Shown piece after piece: positions 1 to 8,328 of a stretch of DNA of 39,791 nucleotides (positions are counted from its first letter, which is position 1; each line of letters opens with the position of its first letter). The notes beneath the pieces were generated by a model. That model had not been told where the DNA came from. It saw nothing but the letters and a program-made list of their open reading frames with translations, and did not search any database. This DNA comes from a virus (Duplodnaviria; Caudoviricetes): the IMG/VR virus record IMGVR_UViG_3300037419_001000, positions 1 through 39,791 of that record, one strand, 5' to 3'. The position numbers and the translations under genes are program-made.

Positions 1-387
1 CGCCTTGAAAAGGTCGAGCGCGTTCAGCGGCCGGCGCATCTGATTGAGTGCCACGAACGCAGCCGCCTCATCGCCCGCGCTGGCGTAGCTGGTGATGACG
101 CACGGAAGATGAGGAATGTCGCCGCGAAGCTTGGCCGCCGATGCCCGGTGCTGACCGTCGACAATCGTCAGCCTGCCGTCCGGCCGGCGCGACACTGCCA
201 AGGGCTGACAAAGGCCCCAATCCCAAAACATCGCGATGCGCCGAATGAGCGTCTGACTGGGGCCAGTGCTGATCTCGCGCTGATAGCTCGGGTCGATCAG
301 CAACTCGCCTACCGCGCGCCATTCGAGCGTCGGCGGTGAGCCTAGCGGCGGATTGACCTTGAGGCGCGATGTGGCAGCCCTAGACAT
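1..387 (-). CDS. ParB/Srx-like DGQHR-motif protein (DUF6551-like), N-terminal part, truncated by window edge
   Basis: Not in the ORF track. Translated by hand from ATG 387: MSRAATSRLKVNPPLGSPPTLEWRAVGELLIDPSYQREI...PLAVSRRPDGRLTIVDGQHRASAA...EAAAFVALNQMRRPLNALDLFKA. Has YQR and VDGQHR motifs. Confidence 0.85.
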   Translation of the reverse strand, partial: MSRAATSRLKVNPPLGSPPTLEWRAVGELLIDPSYQREISTGPSQTLIRRIAMFWDWGLCQPLAVSRRPDGRLTIVDGQHRASAAKLRGDIPHLPCVITSYASAGDEAAAFVALNQMRRPLNALDLFKA

Positions 388-601
388 TTTCGAGCATCCA
401 CGGTCTGTGCCGACAGCCGTCCTTCTCGCCGCATTTGAAGCAAGGCGACGGATCGCGGGTGAGCACGGTGATATCGTCGGGAACGTCGACGGGGATTGAG
501 GCCGTGTTCCTGTGCGGCGACGTGCTGCGGTAGTTCCGCTCACGGTAAGCCCGCGCCCAACGCGCCTCGCGGTCGTTCCAGCGTGTGACCCCGCGCTCCA
601 T
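380..601 (-). CDS. Small hypothetical protein with C-terminal CxxC-x5-CxH putative Zn ribbon
   Basis: 73 aa, PCFKCGEKDGCRH; abuts or overlaps both neighbours in the operon. Confidence 0.7.
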   Translation of the reverse strand: MERGVTRWNDREARWARAYRERNYRSTSPHRNTASIPVDVPDDITVLTRDPSPCFKCGEKDGCRHRPWMLENV

Positions 602-976
602 CTAGCCGATCTCTTTTTCTAGGGCGGCGAGCTCACCGCGGATGCGCTGGCAGCGGTCGGCGATGGTCGGCTGCTCGGCCGGCGCGCAGACGTATAGCGC
701 CCGCACAGGCTCGATCGCTTCCTCGCCGAAGCAATAGGCAATGCTGAAGAGGGTGACGGCTTCGAGGCTCGAGATTTCATTCTCGGCGTTGTCGACCGTG
801 TCCTTGCTGACCCCGATCCGCTCGGCCAGGTCTTCGCTCGAGAGGCCGTAGCGAGCCTTCACGTTGAGGACGATCTGCTTGACCGCCGCTCGGTAGGACC
901 GCCGCGACGGGCGCCCGAACAGCGAGCCGGGAAAGGTTTCTTCCGTTCGGGGGTATGTGTTCGCTCGGCTGGCCAT
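602..976 (-). CDS. XRE-type HTH regulator in the CII position
   Basis: GLSSEDLAERIGVSKDTVDNAENE is an HTH_3 pattern; downstream of cro. Confidence 0.8.
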   Translation of the reverse strand: MASRANTYPRTEETFPGSLFGRPSRRSYRAAVKQIVLNVKARYGLSSEDLAERIGVSKDTVDNAENEISSLEAVTLFSIAYCFGEEAIEPVRALYVCAPAEQPTIADRCQRIRGELAALEKEIG

Positions 977-1245
977 TATCTCGCCTTCCGGTCATGGTGC
1001 GAATGACAGTGCGAATGTGCGTTATGCGCGCGGGCGGCCTCGCCCCCTCCCCCCGGCTTTCCGGCCGTCCGCCGCATACCTTCCGGCAAATTCGGAATGT
1101 CGCCGAGCGGCACACGCTCGCGCGGCGGTTCGCTGCGGAACTTCGCCGCAAGCAGGATGAAGACATAGGCCGTCCCCATGAGGACGCCGCCGATCAGCGT
1201 CCATACGACGATCGCCGCCAATGTCCTGATGATCTCTCCCCCCAT
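976..1245 (-). CDS. Small membrane protein
   Basis: N-terminal hydrophobic stretch IIRTLAAIVVWTLIGGVLMGTAYVFILLAA; stop overlaps next ATG. Confidence 0.6.
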   Translation of the reverse strand: MGGEIIRTLAAIVVWTLIGGVLMGTAYVFILLAAKFRSEPPRERVPLGDIPNLPEGMRRTAGKPGGGGEAARAHNAHSHCHSHHDRKAR

Positions 1246-1354
1246 CGGCGCTACCGGCCAGGCGGTTCGAAAGGGCGGACGCCGGAGACTTTGGCTAGCC
1301 TCCGGCGCCCTGTCGCAGCCGAACAGGGTGACGGCGCGAGTTTCGGTGAGGCGA

Positions 1355-1370
1355 TTAATGAACCGCTAAC
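1355..1370 (+). promoter_or_regulatory. CtrA-box-like site (TTAA-N7-CTAAC)
   Basis: TTAA TGAACCG CTAAC, one mismatch to TTAA-N7-TTAAC, in an AT-richer intergenic patch upstream of the + strand ORF at 1425. Confidence 0.4.
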
Positions 1371-1424
1371 ATGGGTTAGGGCACGAAGAGGTTGCTCGGC
1401 TGTTCTGAGTGTCGGAGGCGCGCG

Positions 1425-1664
1425 GTGGCCGATGGTCCCTCGTCCCCATCCGCGGTCGTCTTCATGGAAGAGCCGATCGAATTTGAGTGGATGCGGGGCA
1501 ACCTGTTCAAGATCACCGATCCGAATACCGGAATCGTGCGGATCGCGGAGGCGCGCATCGTCGCCGAGTGCATCGCCCGGGCGGCGCGCTGTTATCGCGA
1601 CTACCGAACGGCGGCCGGCGCCGACATCATTCCTTTCCCGGAACGGACGGACGCCGCGCATTAG
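1425..1664 (+). CDS. Small hypothetical protein, antisense to the cro operon and convergent with cro
   Basis: GGAGG (1414-1418) 6 nt before GTG 1425; 79 aa MADGPSSPSAVVFMEEPIEFEW...ADIIPFPERTDAAH; stop overlaps the cro stop. Confidence 0.65.
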   Translation: MADGPSSPSAVVFMEEPIEFEWMRGNLFKITDPNTGIVRIAEARIVAECIARAARCYRDYRTAAGADIIPFPERTDAAH

Positions 1665-1900
1665 GCCGCGGCCCGTCGCGGTGTCCAAGGATCGACTTCC
1701 TCAAACACGCGCATCTGGTCTTCGCTGAGCTCGGCGATGCTCGGATGTTTCCAATCCGTCTTGCGGTAAATCAGGATCGCTAGAGAGCGCGGCGGCACCC
1801 GGCTGGTAACTGGATCGCCGCTCTCGCTTAGGATCATGCTTGCGTAAGACGGGCTTATCCCGACTGCCTCACTCAGCTCCTTCGGGGTTGGGGTGTTCAT
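1661..1900 (-). CDS. Cro-like repressor
   Basis: 79 aa HTH (PKELSEAVGISPSYASMILS), divergent from the cI-like gene across the operator region. Confidence 0.85.
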   Translation of the reverse strand: MNTPTPKELSEAVGISPSYASMILSESGDPVTSRVPPRSLAILIYRKTDWKHPSIAELSEDQMRVFEEVDPWTPRRAAA

Positions 1901-1905
1901 GCACG

Positions 1906-1985
1906 GCTTGTCACATATTGTGACTTGTCGCGCAAGCCCTGATTTTCACAGCCTGTGGGGGGCGAACGTGGTCACAGAATGCGAC
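1906..1985. promoter_or_regulatory. OR-like operator cluster (3 sites) and leftward early promoter
   Basis: GTCACATATTGTGAC 1910-1924 (perfect palindrome around a 3-nt spacer), TTCACAGCCTGTGGG 1945-1959, GTCACAGAATGCGAC 1971-1985. Minus-strand TTGCGC-N17-GACAAG lies just before the cro ATG. Confidence 0.85.
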
Positions 1986-1994
1986 AATCCGCTC

Positions 1995-2321
1995 ATGGAC
2001 TCGGCGGACAAGAACGGCGGCCCCAATTACCTGCGGGCATGGCGCCTCTATCGCGAACTGACGCAGGAGCAGCTGGCCGAAAAGATCGGCACCAACGCCA
2101 ACATGGTCCAATATCTCGAGACCGGCGAGCGCGGCCTGTCGGCCAAGTGGCTGCGTCGGCTCGCGCCGGCGCTCGGCACGACGCCAGGGATGCTGCTTGA
2201 GCATGACCCGCGCGAGCTCGACGCCGACGTTCTCGACATATGGGCGCACGGCGACCTGCGGCAGAAGCGGCAACTATCGGAAATCGCCAAGGCGCTGCTC
2301 CGGACCGGGACGAACGATTGA
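1995..2321 (+). CDS. CI-like immunity repressor (XRE HTH, no S24 autoprotease domain)
   Basis: NYLRAWRLYRELTQEQLAEKIGTNANMVQYLETGERGLS is a classic HTH_3. 108 aa from ATG 1995; the ORF-track start at 1893 overlaps cro and the operators. Confidence 0.9.
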   Translation: MDSADKNGGPNYLRAWRLYRELTQEQLAEKIGTNANMVQYLETGERGLSAKWLRRLAPALGTTPGMLLEHDPRELDADVLDIWAHGDLRQKRQLSEIAKALLRTGTND

Positions 2322-2440
2322 GCGACGAAGAGATCGTGAAGCTCGGATGTTTCTTGGAGCTGCTGTCGCCGGCGTGCCTCATCATCATCGCCTATTTGCT
2401 CTACCGGATCGCCGATCACATGGGGGCGCTGACACCTTAA
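2318..2440 (+). CDS. 40-aa single-TM peptide co-transcribed with the repressor
   Basis: TTG start overlaps the repressor TGA (TTGA); LSDEEIVKLGCFLELLSPACLIIIAYLLYRIADHMGALTP fills the gap to the OL operators exactly. Confidence 0.5.
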   Translation: MSDEEIVKLGCFLELLSPACLIIIAYLLYRIADHMGALTP

Positions 2441-2493
2441 TCACATTTTGTGAAAATAATCGCTTGACCCCATAATCACAATATGTGACAAGC
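2440..2493 (+). promoter_or_regulatory. OL-like operators (2 sites) and rightward early promoter
   Basis: ATCACATTTTGTGAA 2440-2454 and ATCACAATATGTGAC 2475-2489; TTGACC (2464)-N17-GACAAG; ATG at 2500. Confidence 0.85.
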
Positions 2494-2499
2494 GTTCCC

Positions 2500-2796
2500 A
2501 TGACCAAGGAACGCAATCCCCACGCCGCAGCCCGACTCCACCGCGGCGTCAACGCGACGGTCGGCGCCGTGCCAACGCCGGCCGTCGCTCCCACCAACGT
2601 CCCGCCACTGGACGCAGCCCGCATTCGCCGCATCTTCGGCCAGCCGGACCTGAACGAGGTCGCGAGCGCCTACCGCCCGCCCTTCGGTGAGCGGCTGGTG
2701 GCTTTCGCGCGTCGCAATCAGGAGCGTTTCGCCGTCGCGAGCCTGATCTTGGCGACGCTGCTCGGCTGCTACATGGCGTGGGAGTTCGCGCGATGA
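2500..2796 (+). CDS. Hypothetical protein with C-terminal TM helix
   Basis: First gene of the rightward operon; FAVASLILATLLGCYMAWEF is hydrophobic; ATGA overlap with the next gene. Confidence 0.7.
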   Translation: MTKERNPHAAARLHRGVNATVGAVPTPAVAPTNVPPLDAARIRRIFGQPDLNEVASAYRPPFGERLVAFARRNQERFAVASLILATLLGCYMAWEFAR

Positions 2797-3131
2797 GCGG
2801 GTCCGCATTCACGCCGGGGCCGTGGGAAGTTCGCTCCGAAGGGCAATACTCGACGTTCATCGGGCCGATTGATGGCACCGGGCACGTTGCGGAGGCTCAC
2901 CAATACTCAAACGGGCGGCGTCCTACGCCTGAAGAGCGCGGCCCCAACGCCCGCCTGATCGCAGCAGCGCCGGAGCTTTATGAAGCGCTGGCCGAGTTGC
3001 TGAAGCACGCGGGCATCGCAGACGCAGCAGCAGAGGATATCGACGGCGAAGATCACGCGCGTGAAAGCGCGGCGCGGCGCGCCCTCGCAAAGGCGCGTGG
3101 CGAATGCCGCGACGAGGGAGACGTGCTGTGA
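2793..3131 (+). CDS. Conserved phage early protein (TPGPW...NARLIAAAPEL family)
   Basis: Motifs FTPGPW and NARLIAAAPELYEAL are typical of a widespread small phage protein family. Confidence 0.8.
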   Translation: MSGSAFTPGPWEVRSEGQYSTFIGPIDGTGHVAEAHQYSNGRRPTPEERGPNARLIAAAPELYEALAELLKHAGIADAAAEDIDGEDHARESAARRALAKARGECRDEGDVL

Positions 3132-3328
3132 GCGCTCCCTTCCACGACATCCGCGAACCCGGCCAGACGCTCGACCCCAACTCCGGCACGGCGCGGCTAT
3201 CCGAATCGCGGCGCAAGCTCGGTGAACGGTTCGCCAGGATCATCGCCGAGGCGAAGGCTGAGCGGGAGCTGCAAGCGAAGGTCGAGGACGAGCTGCGATT
3301 CACGATTGAGATGAAGCGGAGGGCATAG
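3128..3328 (+). CDS. Hypothetical protein
   Basis: GTGA overlap with upstream gene; GAGGGAG upstream; helical charged sequence. Confidence 0.6.
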   Translation: MSAPFHDIREPGQTLDPNSGTARLSESRRKLGERFARIIAEAKAERELQAKVEDELRFTIEMKRRA

Positions 3329-3330
3329 CT

Positions 3331-3606
3331 GTGGCCTCGCATCACCCGCGCGCCATGCGCCTGCCTGAGCTTACGAAGCCGCAGTGGGACGCGGCATTGG
3401 ACGCCGCCCGCGCCCTGATGAGCGCCGACCCCGATAGCGCGACCGACAGGGCCGCGTTCCGCAACGCGAAGGCGCGGCTCGCGGACTTGCTACCCGCCGA
3501 AACCGACGAGCGCGAGATCATCAAGGCAGCTGTCCGTTGGGACATGATGAACGGTCTGGCCGCCTCGATAGCGATGATCCCTGACGCGAGCGTGGAGCGA
3601 GCATGA
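3331..3606 (+). CDS. Hypothetical protein
   Basis: 91 aa, in the operon, ATGA overlap with the exonuclease gene. Confidence 0.6.
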   Translation: MASHHPRAMRLPELTKPQWDAALDAARALMSADPDSATDRAAFRNAKARLADLLPAETDEREIIKAAVRWDMMNGLAASIAMIPDASVERA

Positions 3607-4508
3607 ACGCGCCCGCCACCATCCTCGGCGATCCCGACCACGAGTTCCGCCAGGCGCACGTCGGCGCATCGGAATGCGCGGCGCTGTTCGATTGCTCGCC
3701 TTATGTGACGCGCTTTGAGCTCTGGCACAGGCGCAAGGGCAACATCGCCATGCCCGACCTGTCGGACAGCGAGCGAGTAGAATGGGGCTTGAGGCTCGAG
3801 CCGGCGATCATCGCGGCCGCTGCCGACCGCTACGGCTACCAGCTGGGAGAAACGCCTCGGCGCTTGTCCAACGGGCGAGGACTCGGCGGGCATCCCGACC
3901 AGCTTGCCAGCGACGAACGCGGCCCTGGCATCATCGAGATCAAGACTGCGGACTGGCTGGTCTTCAAACAGTGGGGGACAGAGCCTCCGGAACATTACCT
4001 CCTTCAGGCGATGGCCTATGCTGGCTTGGCCGGGCGCAAATGGTGCGACGTCATCGTCCTCGTCGGCGGCAACCGCTTGGAGCGCTTTTGCTACGACTTC
4101 CGGCCGAAGATTTACGCCGAGATCGAGCGCCGCGTCGAAGCCTTCTGGCAGAGCATCGAAGCGAACGACCCGCCGCCGGCCGATTATACCCGCGACCTCG
4201 ACACGATTGCGGATCTTCACCGCGACGGCGGCGACGAGACGATCGACCTCAGCGCCGACAACCTCGCGCACGAGGCGGCGGCGGCGTTCCTCTTCGCGAA
4301 GGAGGCCCGGCTTGAAGCGGAGAAGCGCGAGGACGCGGCCAAGGCCGAGTTGCTGGACAAGCTCGGCAGCGCGTCTTTCGCGACGCTCAACGGCTTCACC
4401 GTGCGCGCGACGACGGTCGCCGCAGTCCCCGACCGTCCCGCCGAGCCGGGCGAAATCATCAAGGGCCGGAAGGCTTACCGACGCCTCACCGTCAAGGAGG
4501 TTTCGTGA
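3603..4508 (+). CDS. YqaJ/lambda-exonuclease-family recombination nuclease
   Basis: VGASECAAL, G.RLEP.I, HPD, IEIKT and YLLQ..Y motifs; adjacent to recT. Confidence 0.92.
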   Translation: MNAPATILGDPDHEFRQAHVGASECAALFDCSPYVTRFELWHRRKGNIAMPDLSDSERVEWGLRLEPAIIAAAADRYGYQLGETPRRLSNGRGLGGHPDQLASDERGPGIIEIKTADWLVFKQWGTEPPEHYLLQAMAYAGLAGRKWCDVIVLVGGNRLERFCYDFRPKIYAEIERRVEAFWQSIEANDPPPADYTRDLDTIADLHRDGGDETIDLSADNLAHEAAAAFLFAKEARLEAEKREDAAKAELLDKLGSASFATLNGFTVRATTVAAVPDRPAEPGEIIKGRKAYRRLTVKEVS

Positions 4509-4693
4509 GCGAACTTCCGAAAGAGATCGGTCGCGGCACGATGCGGATCGGCCATTTGGAGATCGAAGTCGTCAATCTCGACAACGGGGCGCGCCTCATC
4601 ACCGCCGAAGGCATGGCAGCTTTCATGCACTGGCTTGAGACTGGCGAAGTGACCGGCCCGCTCAAGAACGTCACACCACAGGAGAACGCTTAA
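4505..4693 (+). CDS. Small protein resembling the N-terminal region of P63C-domain phage proteins
   Basis: GTMRIGHLEIEVVNLDNGARLIT pattern (G.L.IG..EI....L.DG.R.I); 62 aa. Confidence 0.55.
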   Translation: MSELPKEIGRGTMRIGHLEIEVVNLDNGARLITAEGMAAFMHWLETGEVTGPLKNVTPQENA

Positions 4694-4694
4694 C

Positions 4695-5792
4695 ATGGCG
4701 ACCCAACTTGCAGAGCGCACGGCCAGCCCGATTGCGGTTTTCCGCCAGACGATGACGCAGCCTGCCTTCCGCGAGCAGCTGCGGATGGCACTGCCGAGCC
4801 ACATCTCGGAGGACAAGTTCATCCGCGTTGCGCTGACGGCGGTGCAGCAGAATCCGACCTTGCTCGATCCGCAGCGCGTCGACCGCAATTCCCTGTTCGG
4901 CGCGTTTACCAAAGCCGCCCAGGACGGGCTGCTTCCGGACGGTCGCGAAGGCGTGGTTGTTCCCTACAAAGGCAAGGCCATGTGGCAGCCGATGGTCGAG
5001 GGCATCATGACCAAGGTTCGCAGATCAGGCGAGATCGGCAATTGGGAAGTCGCCGCCGTGTTCGAGAAGGACACGTTCGAGCGGCTGCTCGGCGATGACC
5101 AGCGCATCTATCACAAGCCCTATGAGGACGGCGATCCCGGCCCTGTCGTCGGCGCCTATTCTATCGTCACCTTCAAGGACGGGACGAAGAGCCGCGACTA
5201 CCTCCCGCGCTGGCGGATCGAGAAGGCGCGCGAGCAGGCGACGGCCAAGGACAGCCTCATGTGGACGAAGTTCTACGACGAGGGCGCGATCAAGACCGTC
5301 ATCAAGCACCATTCGAAGCGTTTGCCGATGGCGACCGATATTCAAGCTGTGTTCGAGCGCGACGAGACGATGACGCACGTCAGCGCCGAGCGCGAGGTTC
5401 ACGCCGAACCGCAGCATGACCCGCCCCGCTCCCGCCTCGACATGATCGAGCATCAGATCGCCGGCGACGAGCCTGACCCGCCGGTCGAGCCGGAGGTCAT
5501 CACGGAGCAGGCCGAAGAGCTTGAGGCCGAGATCGAAGAGAATCCCGCCGTCAACGACCGCACTCTCGCGACCGAGCTAGGGCTGGACGACCATCCGGGC
5601 CAGGCGAAGGCGGGGGAGATCATCGCCGAGATCGAGGCCTGCATCTCGACGCTGGACGTGACCGCGCTCGTCAATCGGCATCAGGCGGACATTGAAGCCA
5701 TGCCGCCGGAGATCGGCGCGTCCATCGAGATCGCGGCGGACAAGCGGCGCAAGGCGATCGAGGCCGAGCGGGAGAAGGAAACGGTGAAGTGA
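4695..5792 (+). CDS. recT: RecT-family single-strand annealing protein
   Basis: ALPSHISEDKFIRVALT, AAQDGLLPDGREG..VPY, KTVIKHHSKRLP; acidic C-terminal tail. Confidence 0.93.
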   Translation: MATQLAERTASPIAVFRQTMTQPAFREQLRMALPSHISEDKFIRVALTAVQQNPTLLDPQRVDRNSLFGAFTKAAQDGLLPDGREGVVVPYKGKAMWQPMVEGIMTKVRRSGEIGNWEVAAVFEKDTFERLLGDDQRIYHKPYEDGDPGPVVGAYSIVTFKDGTKSRDYLPRWRIEKAREQATAKDSLMWTKFYDEGAIKTVIKHHSKRLPMATDIQAVFERDETMTHVSAEREVHAEPQHDPPRSRLDMIEHQIAGDEPDPPVEPEVITEQAEELEAEIEENPAVNDRTLATELGLDDHPGQAKAGEIIAEIEACISTLDVTALVNRHQADIEAMPPEIGASIEIAADKRRKAIEAEREKETVK

Positions 5793-5974
5793 AGGCTCCC
5801 AACAAGCAGACGCTCATCGTCGACGAGGACTACATGGCCGGTCTGTTGAGCGAAGAGCTTTGTGGCGATGACTCCCCGTTGGCCGATCTTCGTGTCGAAA
5901 CAGTCTCGCAGGATGACGACGGCAGTTTCGTGATCGTGATGGCGGCGAAAGAGAACAACGAGGCAGGGGCATGA
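5789..5974 (+). CDS. Hypothetical acidic protein
   Basis: 61 aa, overlapping start/stop junctions on both sides. Confidence 0.6.
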   Translation: MKAPNKQTLIVDEDYMAGLLSEELCGDDSPLADLRVETVSQDDDGSFVIVMAAKENNEAGA

Positions 5975-6249
5975 AGTGGCCATGGTCAGCGCCGTCACCG
6001 GCACCGCGCTTTAACAATGAACCCGACCCGGTCGCGGCTACCGACGTGCTTTGCATCGCCGTGTTGGCAGTGAAGTTCCCGGACGAGAGCGATACCTTTT
6101 TGCATTGGGCATGGACCACAGGCGACGACGAGACATGGGTGTTGGGCGCGGCGCTCAAAACCGTCCGCGAAGGTGCTGTGGTTGTGGGAAAAACGGTGCT
6201 GCGAATTGAGGTCGCGTCAGGGGCTGAGGTCGGGAGTCCCGACGCATGA
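5971..6249 (+). CDS. Hypothetical protein
   Basis: 92 aa, ATGA-coupled on both sides. Confidence 0.6.
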   Translation: MKWPWSAPSPAPRFNNEPDPVAATDVLCIAVLAVKFPDESDTFLHWAWTTGDDETWVLGAALKTVREGAVVVGKTVLRIEVASGAEVGSPDA

Positions 6250-6473
6250 CCCGCCCCGCGCGCCTTCGCTCTGTCCCCGCGCCGGCAGAAGCGCGTCTCG
6301 ACACGCCGGAGCATTGCCTCCGCATCCTGATCCGCGACCGCGACCGCGCACAGCGGGAGATCGCCGAGATCGATGCGCAGATGCTCGCTTATCGCAAGCG
6401 CTACGCCGCCGAACGTGGCGAGTTCATGCTGCCGACAATCGCGCGGCTGCGGAGGGAGTTGCTTGGCGGCTAA
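6246..6473 (+). CDS. Hypothetical coiled-coil protein
   Basis: 75 aa, ATGA overlap; heptad-like LIRDRDRAQREIAEIDAQM. Confidence 0.65.
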   Translation: MTRPARLRSVPAPAEARLDTPEHCLRILIRDRDRAQREIAEIDAQMLAYRKRYAAERGEFMLPTIARLRRELLGG

Positions 6474-6681
6474 GACCCTCTTCGAACGCATGGCCGCAGC
6501 GCAGCGGCTCCCTGAGCAGCTGGCCGAGACTATCCCGCAGCTGAAGCGCGGTCAGGTTTGGTGCCGCGCGTGTGGCGCGACTAAGCACGTCGACAGCGCC
6601 GAATGCCTGCGATCCGGTTGGCCGAAATGCTGTGGGGCCACCATGACCATCGACCGACCGACGAGGACGTGGCGGGGGTGA
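6463..6681 (+). CDS. Small Zn-ribbon protein
   Basis: GGAGGGAG then TTG 6463; WCRACG...WPKCCGATM; GTGA overlap with the next gene. Confidence 0.6.
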   Translation: MAAKTLFERMAAAQRLPEQLAETIPQLKRGQVWCRACGATKHVDSAECLRSGWPKCCGATMTIDRPTRTWRG

Positions 6682-6857
6682 CCAAGCCCGCTCGCTTCAC
6701 CCAGGCCGAGATTCGTCGGGCAATAGACGCGGTGAAAGCTGCGGGGCTGCCCTGCGCTGGCGTGAAGATCGATGCGGACGGATCGATTATCGTATTGACC
6801 GTCGGCAGCGTTCCGGCGAACGATGCCAACCCTCTCGACAGGGTGCTCGGCCGATGA
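6678..6857 (+). CDS. Putative excisionase / recombination directionality factor
   Basis: MTKPARFTQAEIRRAIDAVKAAGLPCAGVKIDADGSIIV is the small-protein type found directly upstream of alphaproteobacterial phage integrases; ATGA overlap with int. Confidence 0.65.
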   Translation: MTKPARFTQAEIRRAIDAVKAAGLPCAGVKIDADGSIIVLTVGSVPANDANPLDRVLGR

Positions 6858-7906
6858 AGCGCAAGCTGCCGAAATATGTCTCAGCCTTCTATGACCGCCA
6901 CGGCAAAGAGCGCTTCCGCTACCGGAAAGGCGCGGTCAGCCGCAGCCTTCGCGGCCCCTACAACAGCCCCGAGTTTCGCGCGGACCTGGCCGACGCCAAG
7001 GCGGACAAGCCAGCTACCCCGCGCGCGCCCACTGGCACGGTGAGCGAGCTGATTGCCCGCTACTATGGCAGCGCGACATTCCAGAAGGCGGGAGCGACGC
7101 GGCAGCGAATCGTTCGCGGTATCCTCGAAAGCTTCCGCGCCGACTACGGGCAGGATCTCGTCGCCAACTTCCGCTTCGACCATATCGAGGCGATCCTGCT
7201 CGCCAAGGCGAAGAAGCGCCGCGAGGGAAAGCGCGAAGTCGGCGGGCCTGTCGCCGCGGGAAATCTCCACAAGCAGCTGAAGAGGCTGTTCCGCTATGCG
7301 GTGAAGGTCGGGATGATCGCGACCAACCCTGCCGAGCTCGCTGAAGGCGTGAAGGCTCCCAAGGGCGGGCGGCATCCGTGGACCGAGGAACAGATCGCGG
7401 CTTATCGACGCTGTCACCCGCTCGGCACGAAGGCGCGGCTCGCGCTCGAGATATTCCTGTGGACAGGCTTGCGCCTAGCCGACGGCGCGCGCTTCGGCCG
7501 CCAGCATATCAAGGGAGGGATTGTCCGCTACATCCAGGCGAAGACCGACAAGGAGCTTGTCTTGCCGGCCGCGCCGCAGATGCTCGCCGCGATCGAGGCC
7601 ATGCCGATGACCGGCATCGAGACGTTCCTGGTCACGGACTATGGAAAGCCGTTCAGCGTCGACGGACTCGGCAACAAGATGCGCCAATGGTGCGACGAGG
7701 CCGGGTTGCCGCATTGCACGGCGCATGGCTTGAGGAAGGCGCTGGCGCGGCGTTCGGCCGATCTCGGCGCGACGCAGCAGCAGCTAAAGGCCGTCGGAAC
7801 GTGGTCGAACGACGCCGAGGTCGCGACCTATGTGAAGGGCGCTGACCAGGCGAAGCTCGCCAGCGATGCGCTGTCGCCAGTCATTGAGTGGGATGGAGGA
7901 AAGTAA
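6854..7906 (+). CDS. int: Tyrosine integrase
   Basis: TGLRLAD (R), KT (K), HGLRK (HxxR), GTW, terminal Y (VATYV); N-terminal arm-binding-like DRHGKERFRYR. Confidence 0.95.
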   Translation: MKRKLPKYVSAFYDRHGKERFRYRKGAVSRSLRGPYNSPEFRADLADAKADKPATPRAPTGTVSELIARYYGSATFQKAGATRQRIVRGILESFRADYGQDLVANFRFDHIEAILLAKAKKRREGKREVGGPVAAGNLHKQLKRLFRYAVKVGMIATNPAELAEGVKAPKGGRHPWTEEQIAAYRRCHPLGTKARLALEIFLWTGLRLADGARFGRQHIKGGIVRYIQAKTDKELVLPAAPQMLAAIEAMPMTGIETFLVTDYGKPFSVDGLGNKMRQWCDEAGLPHCTAHGLRKALARRSADLGATQQQLKAVGTWSNDAEVATYVKGADQAKLASDALSPVIEWDGGK

Positions 7907-7907
7907 A

Positions 7908-8324
7908 ATGCCGATCAATCCAGAATGCTACATTGAAATTCCCGCCGACAAGCTGCGCGATGCGGTGAAGCTGGCCTTTGAACTGTCGTCGCCGCAAGGG
8001 CTCGGCATCCTGCACCATCGGCCGGGAGGCCTAGAAGATGAAGCCGTTGATGAGATCATCGGTCGTGAGGGGCGCGGCGCAATCGCAGCGAGCATGGATT
8101 ACGTTCATGGCCGGTCGTGCAAGTTCCACGTTTACCGAGGTGGCGAATACGATAATTGGGATGATAAGCTCTACATTCCGGCGAGCTGGTACGACCACGG
8201 CGACTGGGCGCTAGAACAGCTGCTGACCCGTATCGGCGTCGAGGATGCTGCCGGTAAAATAGCCGCCGCGCAGGCCGCGCAAGAAGCGGAAAACGAGCGG
8301 TGGAAGCGCGAGAACGCGGCGTGA
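7908..8324 (+). CDS. Hypothetical protein between int and attP
   Basis: GGAGGA SD, ATG 7908, 138 aa with LSSPQGLGILH and SMDYVHGRSCKF motifs. Confidence 0.75.
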   Translation: MPINPECYIEIPADKLRDAVKLAFELSSPQGLGILHHRPGGLEDEAVDEIIGREGRGAIAASMDYVHGRSCKFHVYRGGEYDNWDDKLYIPASWYDHGDWALEQLLTRIGVEDAAGKIAAAQAAQEAENERWKRENAA

Positions 8325-8328
8325 ACAT

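Noticed and set aside
1906-2493. Invertible segment bounded by the 18-bp inverted repeat around cI
   Set aside because: The repeats are fully explained as operator/promoter copies, and no invertase gene is present.
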